A DNA stretch of 55,826 nucleotides from a virus (Duplodnaviria > Caudoviricetes): IMG/VR virus record IMGVR_UViG_3300020045_002251, positions 1 through 55,826 of that record, one strand, 5' to 3'. Each line of letters starts with the position of its first letter. Within the stretch, counting starts at the first letter, position 1. Below, piece by piece: positions 55,090-55,826 of the stretch. The notes beneath the pieces were generated by a model, which was not told the origin of the DNA, did not search any database, and saw only the letters and a list, made by a program, of their open reading frames with translations. The position numbers and the translations under genes were made by a program.

Positions 55090-55826
55090 ATGCAACCACT
55101 CCGAGCACCAACTAAGAAAGATATCATTTTGCCGCCAGTATCCGTCAACGCTGGCACTGAGGCTGCGTACGCCAGAAAGCTGACATCATTGGTTGATGAG
55201 ATGCACAAATCAGTCAGGTATTGGCTACTGGCTGCATATAAGAAAAAATATCCAAGCGAGATTGCAACCGATGCTAGCCCTGCCGTTTTTCTAACTGCCG
55301 TATTGAATCGACTAATGCGAAGATGGCGTAAACGATTTGATGAGGCGGCCGTAGAGTTAGCAAATTATTACTCTAAAGATGCGCTTGAGCGTACCGATTC
55401 GCAGTTAATATCCGCATTAAAAAAATCAGGCATGATGATTGAATTCACTTTGTCGCCAGAAATGAATGCCGTATTGCAGGCAAATATTTTCTCGCAAGTC
55501 GATTTAATCAAATCCATCCCTAAGCAATATCACGAACAGATACAGGGCGCTGTTATGCGCTCAGTCGCTAAAGGTGGCGACATGAAAGGCTTGACGGACT
55601 TCCTGCAAGACAGATATGGCAAGACCCGCAAACGCGCTGCATTCATCGCTAAAGACCAATTAAGCAAAGCCAATGCAACAATGACCAATGAGCGGCAGAA
55701 GTCACTAGGTATCACAGAGGCAATTTGGGTGCATAGCGGCGGCTCGAATTATCCACGGCATTCGCACGTTAAAGCCGGTAAAGATAAGTTGGTGTATAAT
55801 GTCGAAAAAGGCGCTTACATCGATGG
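55090..55826 (+). CDS. Minor head/head morphogenesis protein (MuF/gp7), N-terminal part; 269 aa across the join
   Basis: MQPLRAPT...NAGTEAAY.RKL..LVDEM..SV.YWL...IATDASP...LIKSIP..YH...RAAFIAKDQ; missing from the ORF track because it runs off the window. Confidence 0.85.
   Translation, partial: MQPLRAPTKKDIILPPVSVNAGTEAAYARKLTSLVDEMHKSVRYWLLAAYKKKYPSEIATDASPAVFLTAVLNRLMRRWRKRFDEAAVELANYYSKDALERTDSQLISALKKSGMMIEFTLSPEMNAVLQANIFSQVDLIKSIPKQYHEQIQGAVMRSVAKGGDMKGLTDFLQDRYGKTRKRAAFIAKDQLSKANATMTNERQKSLGITEAIWVHSGGSNYPRHSHVKAGKDKLVYNVEKGAYID
55706..55826. repeat. Terminal direct repeat (copy 2)
   Basis: Identical to 1-121. Confidence 0.95.

Noticed and set aside
1-55826. Temperate module, DGR/retron or genome-wide stop-codon recoding
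   Set aside because: No integrase, clear CI repressor or reverse transcriptase recognised; core genes are intact in the standard code and use TAA, TAG and TGA as stops

Overview
The window is an essentially complete, circularly permuted genome of a tailed dsDNA phage with a contractile tail (myovirus). Bases 1-121 are identical to 55706-55826, so the unit genome is about 55,705 bp. The morphogenesis set is terminase, DUF1073 portal, MuF/gp7 minor head protein (spanning the window join), DUF2213 protease/scaffold, DUF2184 capsid, DUF4054 adaptor, DUF3383 sheath, baseplate and fibre. Lysis uses a holin, a GH24 lysozyme and Rz/Rz1, which points to a Gram-negative, probably gammaproteobacterial, host. 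Replication genes are a primase, Sak4-like ATPase, DUF669 SSB, Cas4-like protein, SF2 helicase and RuvC, next to an iteron origin. I found no integrase, clear CI repressor or DNA polymerase. The main findings are: (1) a sigma70-driven non-coding operon with a ~220-nt kissing-loop, tRNA-shaped RNA carrying a large pseudoknotted insert, a second structured RNA and two atypical tRNAs; (2) an intact Nudix hydrolase fused in front of the prohead protease and bracketed by A-x-D motifs that recur in the head proteins, suggesting a capsid-packaged effector released by proteolysis; (3) a GTAWTAC operator at 13 promoter-region sites; (4) a Cas4-like protein lacking its catalytic motif; (5) a CsrA-like protein and several cis-acting RNA switches. 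Family assignments come from motif recognition by eye, not from database searches.
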